Source: the human T2T-CHM13v2.0 reference genome, Homo sapiens
Assembly (NCBI RefSeq): GCF_009914755.1
Contig: NC_060935.1
DNA: 64,000 bases
Direction: 5' to 3' (one strand)
Shown here: piece after piece, positions 1 through 14,681 of the stretch
Layout: every line of letters begins with the position of its first letter
How positions within the stretch are numbered: the first letter of the stretch is position 1
Position numbers and translations under genes: made by a program
Notes under the pieces: generated by a model
Told to the model about the DNA's origin: nothing
The model's database searches: none
Seen by the model: the letters and a program-made list of their open reading frames with translations, nothing else

Positions 1-249
1 CCTAGCTTCCCATTAACTGTTCCAGTTTGCTTCTTCCTTCAGGGCAGCAGACATGCCATCTCCCCCACGAAGTCCTCCCTCATCTCTCCATCTCTGAACC
101 TTTAGAACACTAAGTTACTAGTACACACAAATTTAGCTCTTGATCATATTTGGTCTTATAATCATTCTCTGATTCAAATATCAGAGTGGGAGCAAGAGTA
201 CTTTTTTTCAGTACGAAATTCAATACAATTGTTGGCTATTGTTACCACG

Positions 250-392
250 AGAGGTAGCTTAATGGAATGATTCAGATAGATTTGGGTTAAAATTATGGCT
301 CTGTTCCATCTCTTACAGGCCGAATGACTTTGGGCAAGTCATTCCCTGAGACTCAGTTCCCCTAACTAGAAAATGTGAATAATACTGCCTAC
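250..392 (+). repeat. MIR, 5' part (split by the LTR)
   Basis: MIR core 'tgactttgggcaagtcattccctgagactcagttcc...aaaatg'. Confidence 0.7.
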
Positions 393-2240
393 TGATGACA
401 GTGGTGAGCTGTCTGGAGCAGCCACTGCCATCATGCTGGCTACAGCTGGAAGGCGTGGCCAGGACTGCATGTTCCATGGAGCTGGCGAGAGCCAGGGACA
501 AGCAGGAGCTCCACCCCTTCTGAACTGGGGAGGGAGCTACCCAGGTGCCACTGCAGCTACACAAACCATGGCTGCAGACCCAGGCCTCCCACTCCACGGA
601 GCAGGTAGAAGCCCCACCCTCTCGGGCACAGCTACAGCCACTCAAACCACGGCTGCAGACCCAGGTATCCCTGTACTCTTGGGGGTCCAGGAAGGCCCCC
701 GCTTGCCTGTGCAGGCTCAGAGGTGCCTGCTCCCACTGCCTGGCCTCTCCCCCACTCCTTATGCCTGCTCTAATCTCAGAGCAGGGTTGGGGCCAAGCTC
801 GGGCACTGTCACAGCCTGGCTGGGTGTGCTCATGCTAGGACTCTGTTGCCTCAGCCCCCTCCGGACTTTAGGCACCAACAAACATGGGAAAAAGCCAAGG
901 TGGGGGCTGAGGGCGGCTCTGCGCTGGCCTGCACTTGCCCATTGGCACGAGCAGCCTGTTATGCCTGTTGCCACAACTGAGGCAGGAGGCAGACAAGCTC
1001 CTGGACAGAAGGGGGCGAGTCCCTGTTGAGACCCCACCTTCAGGCCAGGGGAGCCTGAAGCCTGGGAGCTGGGCTGTGAGTCCCACAAACCAGGGTGGCG
1101 ATTTGTGGTGCCTTTTTCAGCCTGCCCATGGCCACCCATGGACCAATTGCATGCACTTCTTCCCCTCTAAGACCCATAAAAGCCCTGGGCTCAGTCAGAC
1201 CACGGAACAGAGGGAGGATGGGACAACCAGTTGTAGAGAGGAGCTACCTTCTCTGCTGAGAGCTGCAGACAATGGGACAACCTGCTTGTAGAGTGGAGCC
1301 ACTCACTTTATGGCCTCCTCTCTGCTGAGAGCTGCAGACAATGGGATGACCTGCCCGCAGAGAGGAGCCACTTCCTCTCTGCCAAGAGCTGCAGATGACA
1401 GGATGACCAGCTGCAGAGAGGAGTTACCTTCTCTGCTGATAGCAGGAGCTACCCTCTCTGCTGAGAACTGAACACTTGTTGGGACAACCTGCCTGCGGAG
1501 AGGAGCTATCCTCTCCGCTAGGAGTTAAACACTCATCAGGACATCCTGGCCATGGAGAGGAGCTGCTCACTGCGGGTCTTCTCTGAGCTGTTGTATTGCT
1601 CAATAAAGCTCCTCTCTGTCTTGCTTACCCTTCCGCCTGTCTGTGTACCTCATTCTTCCTGGTCATAGGACAAGAACTTGAGACTCACTGAATGGTGAGG
1701 CTAAAAGAGTTGCTGTAACACAAACAGGATTGAAACATGTCCCTTGCTCACCAGGTTATGAGTGAAGAGGAGAGACGAGCTGTGGCCCTCCAGGAAGCCC
1801 AGACCTGGGAGCTCCCTGATCCAGGGCTGTGACTCCCTCTTCTGGGCCCTGTGGTTCCTGGTGCCTCCAAGCTTCCAGGCACCACCTCATTCCCCAGTGC
1901 CAGCTGGGAAAGCTGCTTGCGGCGCACCTGGTCCAGCTGCAGCCTCACAGAGAGCTAGCGCCCATGCAAGCACCTTGAGCTGCCCGCCCGGCAGCAGCAG
2001 CTGGGATGTCTGGCTGTGCAGAGGCCAGACTCCATGCTCACTCACACACCTCTCTCTGCTCCACGCCTGACTCCAGTCTCCCTTGGAGGCATGGGATCCA
2101 GCCCGGTAGCATGAGCTGAGCACAGCCTGCCAGGCCGAGTGGGCGGAACAAGCCCAGAAGGCCTGAGCAAAACTAGGGCAAAGGCGCCACCGGCCACAGG
2201 TTTCCAGCCAGAAAAGCAACGCCCCAAAGATCCCATGTCA
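393..2240 (+). mobile_element. Solo ERV1 LTR, MER52 family
   Basis: TG...CA termini (TGATGACAGTGG...CCCATGTCA); 4-bp TSD CTAC at 389-392 and 2241-2244; GC-rich with internal tandem units; CCAAT 1143, CATAAAA 1175, AATAAA 1602. Confidence 0.85.
1215..1590 (+). repeat. Degenerate 55-70 bp tandem repeat inside the LTR (about 7 units)
   Basis: Recurrent GACAACC..G.AGAGAGGAGCTACC.TCTCTGCTGAGAGCTGCA. Confidence 0.8.
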
Positions 2241-2244
2241 CTAC

Positions 2245-2332
2245 CTCAAGGGCTGTTGTGAGATTTAAATGAGATATTTTTGTAAAGCATCTGTCACAGT
2301 ACCTGGCCTATAGGAAGTGCTCTATAAATATT
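2245..2332 (+). repeat. MIR, 3' part
   Basis: 'ctcaagggctgttgtgagatttaaatgagata...gtgctctataaat' continues the MIR consensus. Confidence 0.7.
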
Positions 2333-2629
2333 AATTCCCTTCCTCCTAATGACTTTGTGAATGTCAGTTTTATCTCTCCAACAAGATGTTCTTGAAGACA
2401 GATCATATATTTTATGTATTTCATTAGATCATCCACATTCCTAGAACATAGCTCAATGCATCATAGGCACTTAATTAAGTACTTCTTGGTTTGATCACAA
2501 GTGAAAATCACGGCTGTACGTATGCCTGACAATAGACCAGTGTTTCCTAAATGCTGGTACCAGTTGAACTGCATTAAACTCATCCAAAGAGCTTCTTCTT
2601 ATTAGGGGTGGGGGTGAAGGGGTGGGAGA

Positions 2630-2916
2630 GATAGGGAACAGGGCCTTGCTCTGTTGCTCAGGCTGGAATCCAGTAGCACGATCACATGGCCAGTGAAGCC
2701 TGGACCTGCCAGGCTCAGGTGATTGTCCCACCTCAGCCTCCCTTGTAGCTGGGACTACAAGCACATGCCACCACACTCAGCTAATTTTTAAATTTTTCTG
2801 GAGACATGGTCTCACTATATTGCCCAGGCTGGTCTTGAACTCCTGGCCTCAAGTGATCCTCCTGCCTCAGCTTCCCAAAGTGTTGGTATTACAGGTGTGA
2901 GCCACCGCACTTGGTC
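2630..2916 (-). mobile_element. Alu (old, J-like)
   Basis: Alu consensus; TSD CAAAGAGCTTCTT. Confidence 0.9.
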
Positions 2917-3402
2917 CAAAGAGCTTCTTAAAAATAAAACTGCTAGATCCCTTCCCTAGATATTCTGATTAAGAAAGTCTGTTCCATTAACTTCCAATAA
3001 TGGAGAAAGGTCTTCCAATTTTTACTTTAGTATTTTTATTAGATATTTTTGCATTGCTTGAATTTTTAAATAAGTATCCTTTATTTTATAATTTTAAAAT
3101 AAAGACAACTTTTAAATAAAAAAAAGAATAACTGACCAGAATCAGAAGTGAAATCTAGAATACTACAAAATGTTTCTTTCATTAGTAATGGGCAATTTAA
3201 AAAATAATAATAATGAAGTAAAAATACCCCCTGGTCACAACTGGGGAAATATGAACATGGCCTGATATCAGATGATCATTTTGTTTTTTGTTTTAGATAC
3301 AATTTTATGTTGTATCAAATGTCTTTATTCTTAGAATACACATGCTGAAATGAGAGTTTCAGGTGAAGTGTTATAACATTTGCAACTTTCAAATGGTCCA
3401 GC

Positions 3403-3468
3403 ATATATGTATATATGCATATGTATGTATGTGTATATATATATATGTATATATACACATACACACAA
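3403..3468. repeat. (TA)/(TG)/(CA) microsatellite
   Basis: Direct reading. Confidence 0.85.
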
Positions 3469-6207
3469 ACATGAGAAATAAGACAAAATGTTAACAATTG
3501 TTTAATTTAGTTGGTGGGTATTTGGGTGTTCAATTTGTTACTCTTTCAAATTCTCAGTATGATTAAAATTTTTCTAATAGTTGGGGGAAAATATTCTCAG
3601 TTGATTCTGGTGATAATCTAGCTTGGGAACCACTGCTTTACCCAATAGATTTGTTCCTGAAGTTAGAAAAATAAGAATTCTGAGATACACAACATATAAA
3701 TGCTCTGAAAGCAATAGTATTTAAAGAAATCTCATGTCACAATCTCCCCATAAAACACTGTCTCCTAATTAATTGTTCATAAACCTACATTTCACATAGG
3801 ATTTGCTTAAGGTCAGCGCTCAGATAAGGGCAGACTTGAAATGTTGGTTAAGGGAAGAAGAGGCATGCACAAGCACAAAGCCTGAGGGTTGTACTTGACT
3901 CTTGTCTGCTCCTGTCTTGCTGATTTACCTGCTGAATATTTATCAAACCAGTCTCCTCCTCTCTTCTACTCGTGCTACTGCCGTGGGTCAGACTTCATCC
4001 TATCTCCCCTGCACCAGTGCTGAGAGCCCCAGCTGATGGCCCTGCCTCAGGTCCTACCCAGCTCAGATTCACTTCCACCTTGGCTAATACATATCCAAAA
4101 CACGTGCTGGCTCATTGCTCTTCTACTGAAAACCCTACAATGGCTTCCCATTTCAAAATCAAGTCCAGAACTCTTCAATCTGTTTATAATATCCTCTCAA
4201 TTTTGCCAGCCTCAATTCTCACCAAACTCACATTTTATAGCCCAGTAACAGTGAATTCCCCGTGATACGTCTCACCTCCATGCTTCAGCCCATGCATTCT
4301 TATTCCACCTTGCTCAGGCATCACTCTCCTTCTGAAAGCTTTCTTGGATTCACCACCTGCCATGCCTTCCCTCCCATCTCCCATACAGAGGTCAGAGTCT
4401 CCTATTTGGTTCTCCCACAATACCTCGACAGAGTTTAATCCGTGCAGTTACCCCACTGCTCACAATTATTTACTTATAAGACTATCTACTCCATATCCCG
4501 GGGCCTCTTGGGGAAGGACTGGATTTTATTCATCTTTGCAGCCCCAGTACTTACTTCTGCTTTGCCTTTCTGATGCCCCATTTTCTCATCTAGAGAATCA
4601 GAAGAATATCACCAACTTGAAAGGTTAGCGTTAAGTTTAAGTATTCAAAGCTTACCACAGGCATACAATAGGCCTTCAGCACATTTGATTTATAAGGTCA
4701 GCATCTCTTGTTTTTCGCTTTCCAATTCTGCCCTTCAGGACCAACTTCTTACACTGGCCCTGTGTCCAGCAAGGACACAGCGAGCAAGCTCCCCACCCAT
4801 CTACATGCCAAAATAGTGAGGGTCTCAAACTCCAGATCTGCCTCAGGCTTCCCCACCCTGCCAGTGCCCTCTGGACTCTAGGATGACTCAACTAAGGAAC
4901 CAATGCAGTACTGCAAACATTTCTTGAGCAGTTTTATGGAAGGCAATGTCCCTGATGCAGTGGAAAGTGATATAACATGTACAAAAAATGTATGACCTCT
5001 TATAGGGTAGGGGAAGGGTGAGGAGACAATTAGACAAGTGAAGGCAGTACAATTCAAAGAAGGAAAACATTGTATATCTCTGGGGGTAGACAGAAAAGCC
5101 TTAGAGGAAGTGGCATTTGAACAAGACCACAAAGGATGGATTTAAGCTAAGAGGCTGTTTCCAGAATTGTGTGTGTTCCACAAAACACAACACTGAAATG
5201 CTACTGTTACTCAGATGAAAAGTAAATTTAGAAAATGCTGCCTACGATGTACCCCTCTAGGAGATCTGCAATGCACAGTAACAAGCGTGAAGTAAAGAAC
5301 CCTACTTAACTGTGTTGAACTCAGCATCCCAAGTTTGTTTGACTACTAGTTAATTCCCTATTTCTTTCCTCCTGGAGGAGAGAGTTATAGCATCTTTCAA
5401 GATCTGAGGTGTCTTGAAGTAGGAAACCCTATTTAACTCCGTTTAACCGAGCATCCCAAGTTTGTTTGAACGCTAGTAAGTTCCCTATTTCTTTTCCCCT
5501 GGAGGAAGATGTATAGCAACTTGGAGAACACACTTTAAGAAACAACAGGTTAAATGTTACCCTTTCAAAGCTATCCATTTGCATTTTACCAGGACTTCAC
5601 ATTGATAATACCTTCATATCTGATTTTTTAACAACAAAATCAGCAATTTTTTAAAATTCTCCTGACATTTTATCAGAAGAGAAAAAGCAATGGAAGATGC
5701 TGCAGAACTAAGAAGTTTCTCATTGTGAAGCACAGTGTAGACCATAAGCCTTTTAATCAAACGAAGGAAACAACACATCTCTGACTGAGTCCATTCATTC
5801 TTTGTTAGGATGTTTACACTGTTATAGCTGCCCTCACTCCCTCTGCAACCTGCTGACTGTGTAAAAAACACCAGACTTGAAAGCAAAGGGAACAACATTG
5901 CATAACAACAAGCCCTCAGGGCATGTTTTGCTCCTTTATATTTACCAAACAGTTGTGCTTGTAAAAGACAAGAAGGAAAGGGGCACTGCAGCTCATCCCC
6001 ACTCCTGAAATTACAATGCTGAATTATCCAGTCTGAGAGTTAACATGTTTACTGGGAGTGAGGCACTGTGCTCATGATACAAAGAAAAATAACGTATAGC
6101 TGTTACTTCACAAGCCAGGACAGATAGGTAAATAAACTGTAATGCAGCAAAGTGCAAGCAAACACTTCTATAATAAGAGGGGAGTACACAGAAGCTGGGA
6201 CTCCTTA

Positions 6208-6656
<449 letters not shown>

Positions 6657-6730
6657 GACATAGATATAGATACACATACACACATACATAAAAAAAAATA
6701 AGGCCATAGGGCTGAGTAGAATAGGATACG

Positions 6731-7143
6731 TGATATGATTTGGATATCTGTCCCCTTCAAATCTCATGTTGAAATGTAATTCTCAGTGTTGGAGGTGTGG
6801 CCTAGTGTGAGGTGTTTGGATCATGGGATAGATCCATCATGAATGGTTAGCACCATCCCCTTGGTGATGAGTGAATTCTGGCTCCGGTAGTTCATGTGAG
6901 ATCTGGTTAAGAGTACGGCACCTCTGTCCTCACTCTCTCTTGTTTCCACTCTCACATGTAACATTCTGGCTCCCGGTCACCTTCTGTCATGACTGTAAGC
7001 TTTCTGAGGTCTCACCAGAAGCAGAGGCCAGCACCATGCTTCCTGTAAAGCCTGTAAAACTGTGAGCCAGTTAGATTTCCTTTCTTTATAATTTTCCCAG
7101 CTTCAAGTATTTCTTTGTAGTAATGCAAAAATGGACTAACAAT
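6731..7143 (+). mobile_element. MaLR LTR (MSTA/MSTB-like)
   Basis: Starts TGATATGATTTGGAT..CAAATCTCATGTTGAA; ends ..AATGGACTAAC. Confidence 0.8.
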
Positions 7144-8059
7144 AGGATAGGGCAAGATTGAAAAGAAAAAAAAGAGCAGCCAATCTGGAGAAGGTGTCAC
7201 ACTGAACTACTGCATCTAATTTCACTTATTCCAAAAACCCCACAAAAATTCAGTAAAGTGCTTTATTTTTATTAAAAAAAACCTTATAAGTACAGAGAAG
7301 ATAAGACAATGGTGTCAAATTTTGGAAGCTTGGGAAGCAGATGAACAAGTAGTAATTGACTTAGCATACTCAGAAAATGTGGAATTCAGCTGATTTAAAC
7401 CACAGAATCCTTAAAAAACACAGGAACTGACAGTACCTTGTACTCCTAGAGCAGGCGTATAGGATGCTAGAATAAAGAACACAAGAGAGAAGGCTACTCA
7501 AGGAGTTAGATACCTAGATTCCCCCTCCTCATTAACAAAACTCCAAAGGCCTGTCTCTGGGGAGCACAAAACAGAAATATCCAGCATTTGCTTGAAATAA
7601 TCTGAGGAAGGGGATTGCGGGATACAAAGCAAACTAAAATATCCATCAAGTGAAAACTAGTGAACCTGAATGATGGGTACATGGGAATTCACTGTATTGC
7701 CCTCCCTACTTTTGTAAATCTTTAGCATTCCCCATAAAAAAAAAGTAAGAGTGTCTTTGGCCTGGCAGTATCCAGCGTGGATGAGGGGGAAACATATCAC
7801 AGATAAGGCACTATGTCTACAGAAGGTAGAGTGCAAAGGTTCCCATGTTTCTTCTCCCGAGTACCAAAACATAGTCAGATAGAACCCCACCATCCGAAGA
7901 AGAGTGAAAGACTCTTTGCTGGTGAATGTACCCAAGGGAAAACCTGAAGATGGTAACATCAGGGGAGCCCAACAAACAGCCCATCCAGATCACCGTACCG
8001 TGAGGCTCAGAGCTAATTATCTCCATTCTGTATTCAGAGTTTCCTGACAGTACTTTTTA

Positions 8060-8410
8060 AAAAAAGCTTTATGTCACATACCATATAATTCACCCTTTTA
8101 AAATATGCAATTTTCTCTAGGAACTAAATGAAAAAAAATAAAATGTACATTTCAATGGTTTTTAGCATATTTACAGAGTTGTACAACCATCACCACAATC
8201 AATTTTAGAACATTTTCCATTCCCCCAATGAAAATCCTACACACATTAGTAGTCACTCTGCATTCCCCCCACTCCCCAGCCGCAAGTAACTACTAATCTA
8301 TTTTTTTGTCTGTATAGATTTGTCCATTCTGGCCATTTCATATAAATGAAATCCTACACTCTGTGGTCTTTTGTGAGTGACTTCTTTCACTTAGCATAAT
8401 GTCAAGGTCT
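8060..8410 (-). mobile_element. Old L1 (L1M) 3' fragment
   Basis: 'gtacaaccatcaccacaatc..ttttagaacatttt', 'tttcacttagcataatg'. Confidence 0.75.
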
Positions 8411-8499
8411 TGACAGCTTTTTTCCTCCCCCTCTTAATCAGGAGCAACACAGCCAAGGATCACATTTTAGAGTGACATCTTGGGAAAGCCTCTAATAAA

Positions 8500-9245
8500 G
8501 ATACAGACCATGGCAAACACAAAAAAAAGTGACTTGAAGGAAACAGATAATATGCAAGGGCGGAAATACCATTAATATTCTCACAAAAATGAAATAAAAC
8601 TACATCCATGAAACAAAAATAGGATGCTATATAAAGGAAACATAGAGAACAAAAAGAGCTCTTAGACATTGACAACATAATAGCAGACTTTTTTTAAATC
8701 TTCAATAAAAGGATTGAATGATAAAATCGAAATCTTCTAAAGAATAAAATCAAAAGACAAAGATATGGAAACAGCAGAGAGAAGTTAAGAATATTCTAAA
8801 GGTCCAGTACAGGAGGGGTCCTATATCCAAATAAGAGAAATTCCCAGGAAAGAGCAGAAAAAAGAAAAATCATAACAATATATTCAATAAAATTTCAGAG
8901 AACTGAAGGATGCAGGTTGCCAGGTTGAAAGGGCCCAGCACACGAAGCACACTGTGAAACTTCAGAAAACTGCAGACAAAGAGAAGATTTTACAAACTGT
9001 CAGAGAGGAGGGAAAGACAAATAGGTTATATATAAAGAATCAGAAATCAGAACCCTTCCAACTTCTCTACAGCAACAATAAAAAGACAATAAAGCAATGC
9101 CTTTAAAATCTGAAGGAAAATGATTTTCAACTTAGAGTGCAATACCCAAATAAACTACCAATAAAGCACGAGAATAGAAGAAAGATACTTTAAAGTATAC
9201 AAGACCCAGAAATTCATATTCCATGCACCGTTTTATAAGAAGCTC
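8500..9245 (+). mobile_element. Ancient L1 ORF1-like / HAL1-like relic
   Basis: A-rich degenerate ORF1-type motifs ('aatttcagagaactgaagg..ttgaaagggccca', 'acttctctacagcaaca', 'aatgcctttaaaatctgaaggaaaatgattttcaacttaga'). Confidence 0.6.
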
Positions 9246-9247
9246 CT

Positions 9248-9498
9248 ACTTTGGGAGGCTAAGACAGCAAGATTGCTTAAGCGCAGCAGTTTGGGAGCAG
9301 CCTGACCAACATGGCGAGACCCTATCTCCACAAAAAGTGAAAAAGTTAGCCAGGCATGGTGGCATGCACCTGTGGTCCCAGGTACTTGAGAGGATCACTT
9401 GAGCCCAAGAGTTCGAGGCTACAATGAGCTGTTTCACTTCACTGCACTCCAGCCTGGGCAACTGAGTGAGACCCTTTCTCAAAAACAAACAAAAAAAA
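9248..9498 (+). mobile_element. Alu (5'-truncated)
   Basis: Alu consensus; TSD AAGCTCCT. Confidence 0.9.
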
Positions 9499-9851
9499 GC
9501 TCCTGGAGGATGTCCTTCACTAAGTGGTATAAAAGAAACATCAAGAGATCTAGTCCAAAGACAAGCAACAGAGGACGCCAACATGACTACCACAGGAAGT
9601 AGCCAACCAGAATAAAGAAGTATAACTCAAGAGACAGACACATTGAAGACAGCCATCACCAACAACCCCACTGCCATTAAACCCTCTTTTGTGTTGTGTT
9701 CAAATATTTTAAATATATGATTATAAAGTTTTCAAATATACATAAAAGCAGACCCCCCAACACCCATTACCAAAGTTCAACACTTACCAAGATTTTGACA
9801 CGTTAACTTAATCTATCCCTTTCCCCCCCTATTTTTTTCTTTGCTTAAATA

Positions 9852-10025
9852 TTTTATTATTATTATTATTATTATTTTGAGACAGGGTCTCGCTCTGTTG
9901 CCCAGGCTGGAGTGCAGTGGTGTCATCATGGCTCACTGCAGCCTCAACCTCTGGGATGCAGCAAACCACCTGCCTCAGTCTCCCAAAGTGCTGGGATTAC
10001 AGGTATGAACCTTAGCATCCAGGCT
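9852..10025 (-). mobile_element. Alu fragment with (TTA)n tail
   Basis: Alu consensus, internally deleted. Confidence 0.85.
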
Positions 10026-10184
10026 GTTTAAATATTTTTAAACAAATTCTACATCATATCATTTTATTCCTATGTACCTCAGAACTCATCTCTATATTAT
10101 TCATCTTCTTACATTATACTATTATTATCACACCTGAATAAAAGTAACAGTAATTCCTTGATATCATCTCAAAAATTTCTTTTT

Positions 10185-10650
10185 ACACACATCTACATGC
10201 ATACTTGTAGCAGCACAATTCACAATTGCAAAGATATGGAACCGACCTAAGTGCCCATCAACCAATGAGTGGATAAAGAAAATGTGGTATATATCCACCA
10301 TAGAATACTACTCAGCCATAAAAAGGAATAGAATAATGTCTTTTGCAGCAACTTGGATTGAGCTGGAAGCCATTATTCTAAGTGAAGTAACTCAGGAATG
10401 GAAAACCAGATACCTTGTTTTCTTACTTAAGTGGGAACTAAGCTGTGAGGACACAAAAACAATACAGAGCAATATAATGAAATTTGTGACCTGGGGAAGG
10501 AGTGGGCAAGGGGAGTGAGGGATAAAAGACTACATACTGAGTAGGGTGTACACTGTTTGGTTGACAGGTGCACTAAAATCTCAGAATTCACCACTGTAGA
10601 ATTTATCCATGTAACCAAAAACCACTTATAACCCAAAAGCCATTTAAAAA
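10185..10650 (+). mobile_element. L1 (L1PB/L1MA-like) 3' end
   Basis: ORF2 C-terminal remnant (MWYISTIEYYSAIKRN.IMSFAATW.ELE.IILSE) followed by 3'UTR. Confidence 0.88.
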
Positions 10651-10671
10651 AATTTTTTTAATGTCTTTTCA

Positions 10672-10963
<292 letters not shown>

Positions 10964-10973
10964 GTCTTTTTTT

Positions 10974-11697
<724 letters not shown>

Positions 11698-11978
11698 TAG
11701 ACTATCCGAATAAAAACAAGGTTCACACATGACATCTGGTTATAATTCTTAAGTCACTTTATTATTTTTTTCATGTCATTGACTTGTTGCGGAAGCCAAG
11801 TCAGTTGTCTGACAGAATGTTCTACATTCTAAATTTCTCTGTTTGTTTCCTTAGAGTGTAATTCCACTTGTCATCCTTTCCCCCATCTTTCCAATATATT
11901 AAAGTTAGCTCTAGAGACTTGATGAGATTTTAGGAGTCAACATTTGGGTAAGAATATTCCGTAAGTGGTTCTGCGTAT

Positions 11979-12284
<306 letters not shown>

Positions 12285-12951
12285 TGCATATTCTCTTTTT
12301 AACCTGACAAAAAATGCATAGGTAAACTTAGTCGAGGTTCTTTTCTGCCTCTATTTGTCTTGACCATGTGCTGATGAAGCACCTGCTCATCTCCACACTA
12401 TTTGTTTGGGTTAGTTGGTGACGTTCACTTCATCCTACAGAAGAGTTTTGCTTTGACCTACCCCTTGAGAGCTGAAAGGACGCCAAAGAAAGACTGGAAG
12501 TAGAAAAGACAGAGCCGTCCACTCTTTGTGACCATATTCCATATGTCCAGTGTGTGCCCACACTACAACCCTATCAGATGTCTCAATAGTAGTGATCCTT
12601 ATTTCCTAGGACTCACTCACATCCTTGCCCACTGACTTCCCCATTAGAGCCTTTTAAACCCCCTGGGAATCTAAAGCTATATTATGACCCAGAGTTTAGA
12701 TCTAACAGTAACAAAGCTTGCTAGGTTTGTGCTTGCTTCTTGGTTTTTTAAAAAACAACATTTGTTTTAGTAATACAAACACAGGTGGTTAAACTGTACA
12801 GAAAAGTAAGAGAACGATGAACACAAAAGTCAGGATAATCATTATGTCTGGTGAGGAGGAAAGGGGGTATGATTTCAGGGCAGAGAGTAGACAAACAGCT
12901 TCTAGGATACAAATAATGTTCCATCTGATAAATTGGATGGCAAATTCACAA

Positions 12952-13088
12952 TTTTCTTTCTTTTATTTTTTGAGACAGCATCTCACTATTTTGCCCAGGC
13001 TGGTCTTGAACTCCTGGCCTCAAGAAATCCTCCAACCTCAGCCACCTGAGTAGCTGGAATTGCAAACATGTGCTACTGCATCTGGTCA
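12952..13088 (-). mobile_element. Alu monomer (FLAM-like)
   Basis: Single-arm Alu. Confidence 0.8.
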
Positions 13089-13442
13089 CAATTTTTATGT
13101 TCTTCTTTAAACTGTAAATATGTATTTAAAACATTCTTTCATATGCATTGTATGTTTCGCATTAATTATTTTTATGTAAGCAGTCCACCATAGCTAGAAC
13201 ACAGGGTTTGAAGAGTAGAGTAAAAGGAGAAAAGAATGGAAAAAGAGTGTACTCTAAAGGTAAATAGGAACCTTAATCATGCTCTCTTGGGAGTAACATC
13301 AGGGAACATTTATACCCAATATTAATTAAAATGACTTTCTCATAATCTATCTATCAAGAATGATAGGAAAAATCCATTTTTTCTAAGTTACCTAGATATG
13401 AAATACCCGACATCTTAAGCATCTCACTGGGGAACATAATAA

Positions 13443-13823
<381 letters not shown>

Positions 13824-13944
13824 TGCCTCAAGTTCTTAAATGACACAAAGCTGGGAGGGATGTGGAACAAATGTTTTATATTACAGAATTAAAATATATC
13901 TTGGCAAGCTAGAGTGACAGGTCAAATTTAGGCCAATTTCTAAT

Positions 13945-14105
13945 AACATCTCCCATTTGTTGAGAACACTCGATATGCCAAGAGCTTTACATAATTTATC
14001 TCACTTAATCCCTACAACCACACTGTGAAGCTGAAATCCAGGAAAGTAACTTGCCCAAGGTCATAAGGCAAGTTAATAACAGAGTTATGATTTGAACCTA
14101 GGTTT
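13945..14105 (-). repeat. MIR
   Basis: 'taacttgcccaaggtca..gatttgaacctagg'. Confidence 0.65.
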
Positions 14106-14584
14106 GCAGGCTCAAGTTTCAGTCTCAAGTGAGATTCCTTCAGCCACCAGAAATTAACATTCAAAACTGAATCCTCTGCTACCACACTGGGAATTAAGAA
14201 AACAATAATAAATAAATAAAAATCTCAATCCTCTTTAATTCAGCATGTCACCCTCAGAAAACTGCATCACCCAACCTCAAGCCCCTTGGGCATATGAGGG
14301 TATCAAGTACCTCCAAAGAATGATCAGATCAAATGAAAAAAAAACCAAACAAACAAAAACAAAAAAGAATAATCAGATCAGGCCATTTTCATTAATGTAA
14401 CACTTGGGGACCTCGACAGCTGCCAGGAAACCTCCATCTGTCCTCAAGAGCAAGTCCATCCTCAAAAGCAAGCTGTAACAGGATTCTCTCTGCAACCCAT
14501 TCCCAGCTCAGCCATGTCTGCCTCCCCATCTGTATTTAAGACTGCAAAACTCAAGCTCTGCAGTTATAAACGGAGGCCACTTAC

Positions 14585-14681
14585 CACAAAGATTGCTGAG
14601 CAAGAGCCCTCAGCCAGGCTATTGCCTACCTTCAATTTTCTCTCGTCCTCAGGGGCACTGTGATTTGATGGGTGTGTACAG
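14585..14681 (-). other. Candidate non-coding (5'UTR) cassette exon of RAB30 with two alternative donors
   Basis: Acceptor GTTGTGCTGTTCTCTCAG|CTG at 14682/14681; donors AAG|GTAGGC at 14629 and GTG|GTAAGT at 14584; lies in a repeat-free island. Confidence 0.45.

Noticed and set aside
433-1029. 198-aa ORF and overlapping ORFs
   Set aside because: Entirely inside a GC-rich LTR; no recognisable domain; long ORFs in several frames reflect low stop-codon density
1215-1590. Repeat array superficially like a CRISPR array
   Set aside because: Degenerate tandem units with no unique spacers, inside a mammalian LTR, and no cas genes
10282-10518. ORF with real protein similarity
   Set aside because: It is the C-terminal remnant of L1 ORF2, not a host gene
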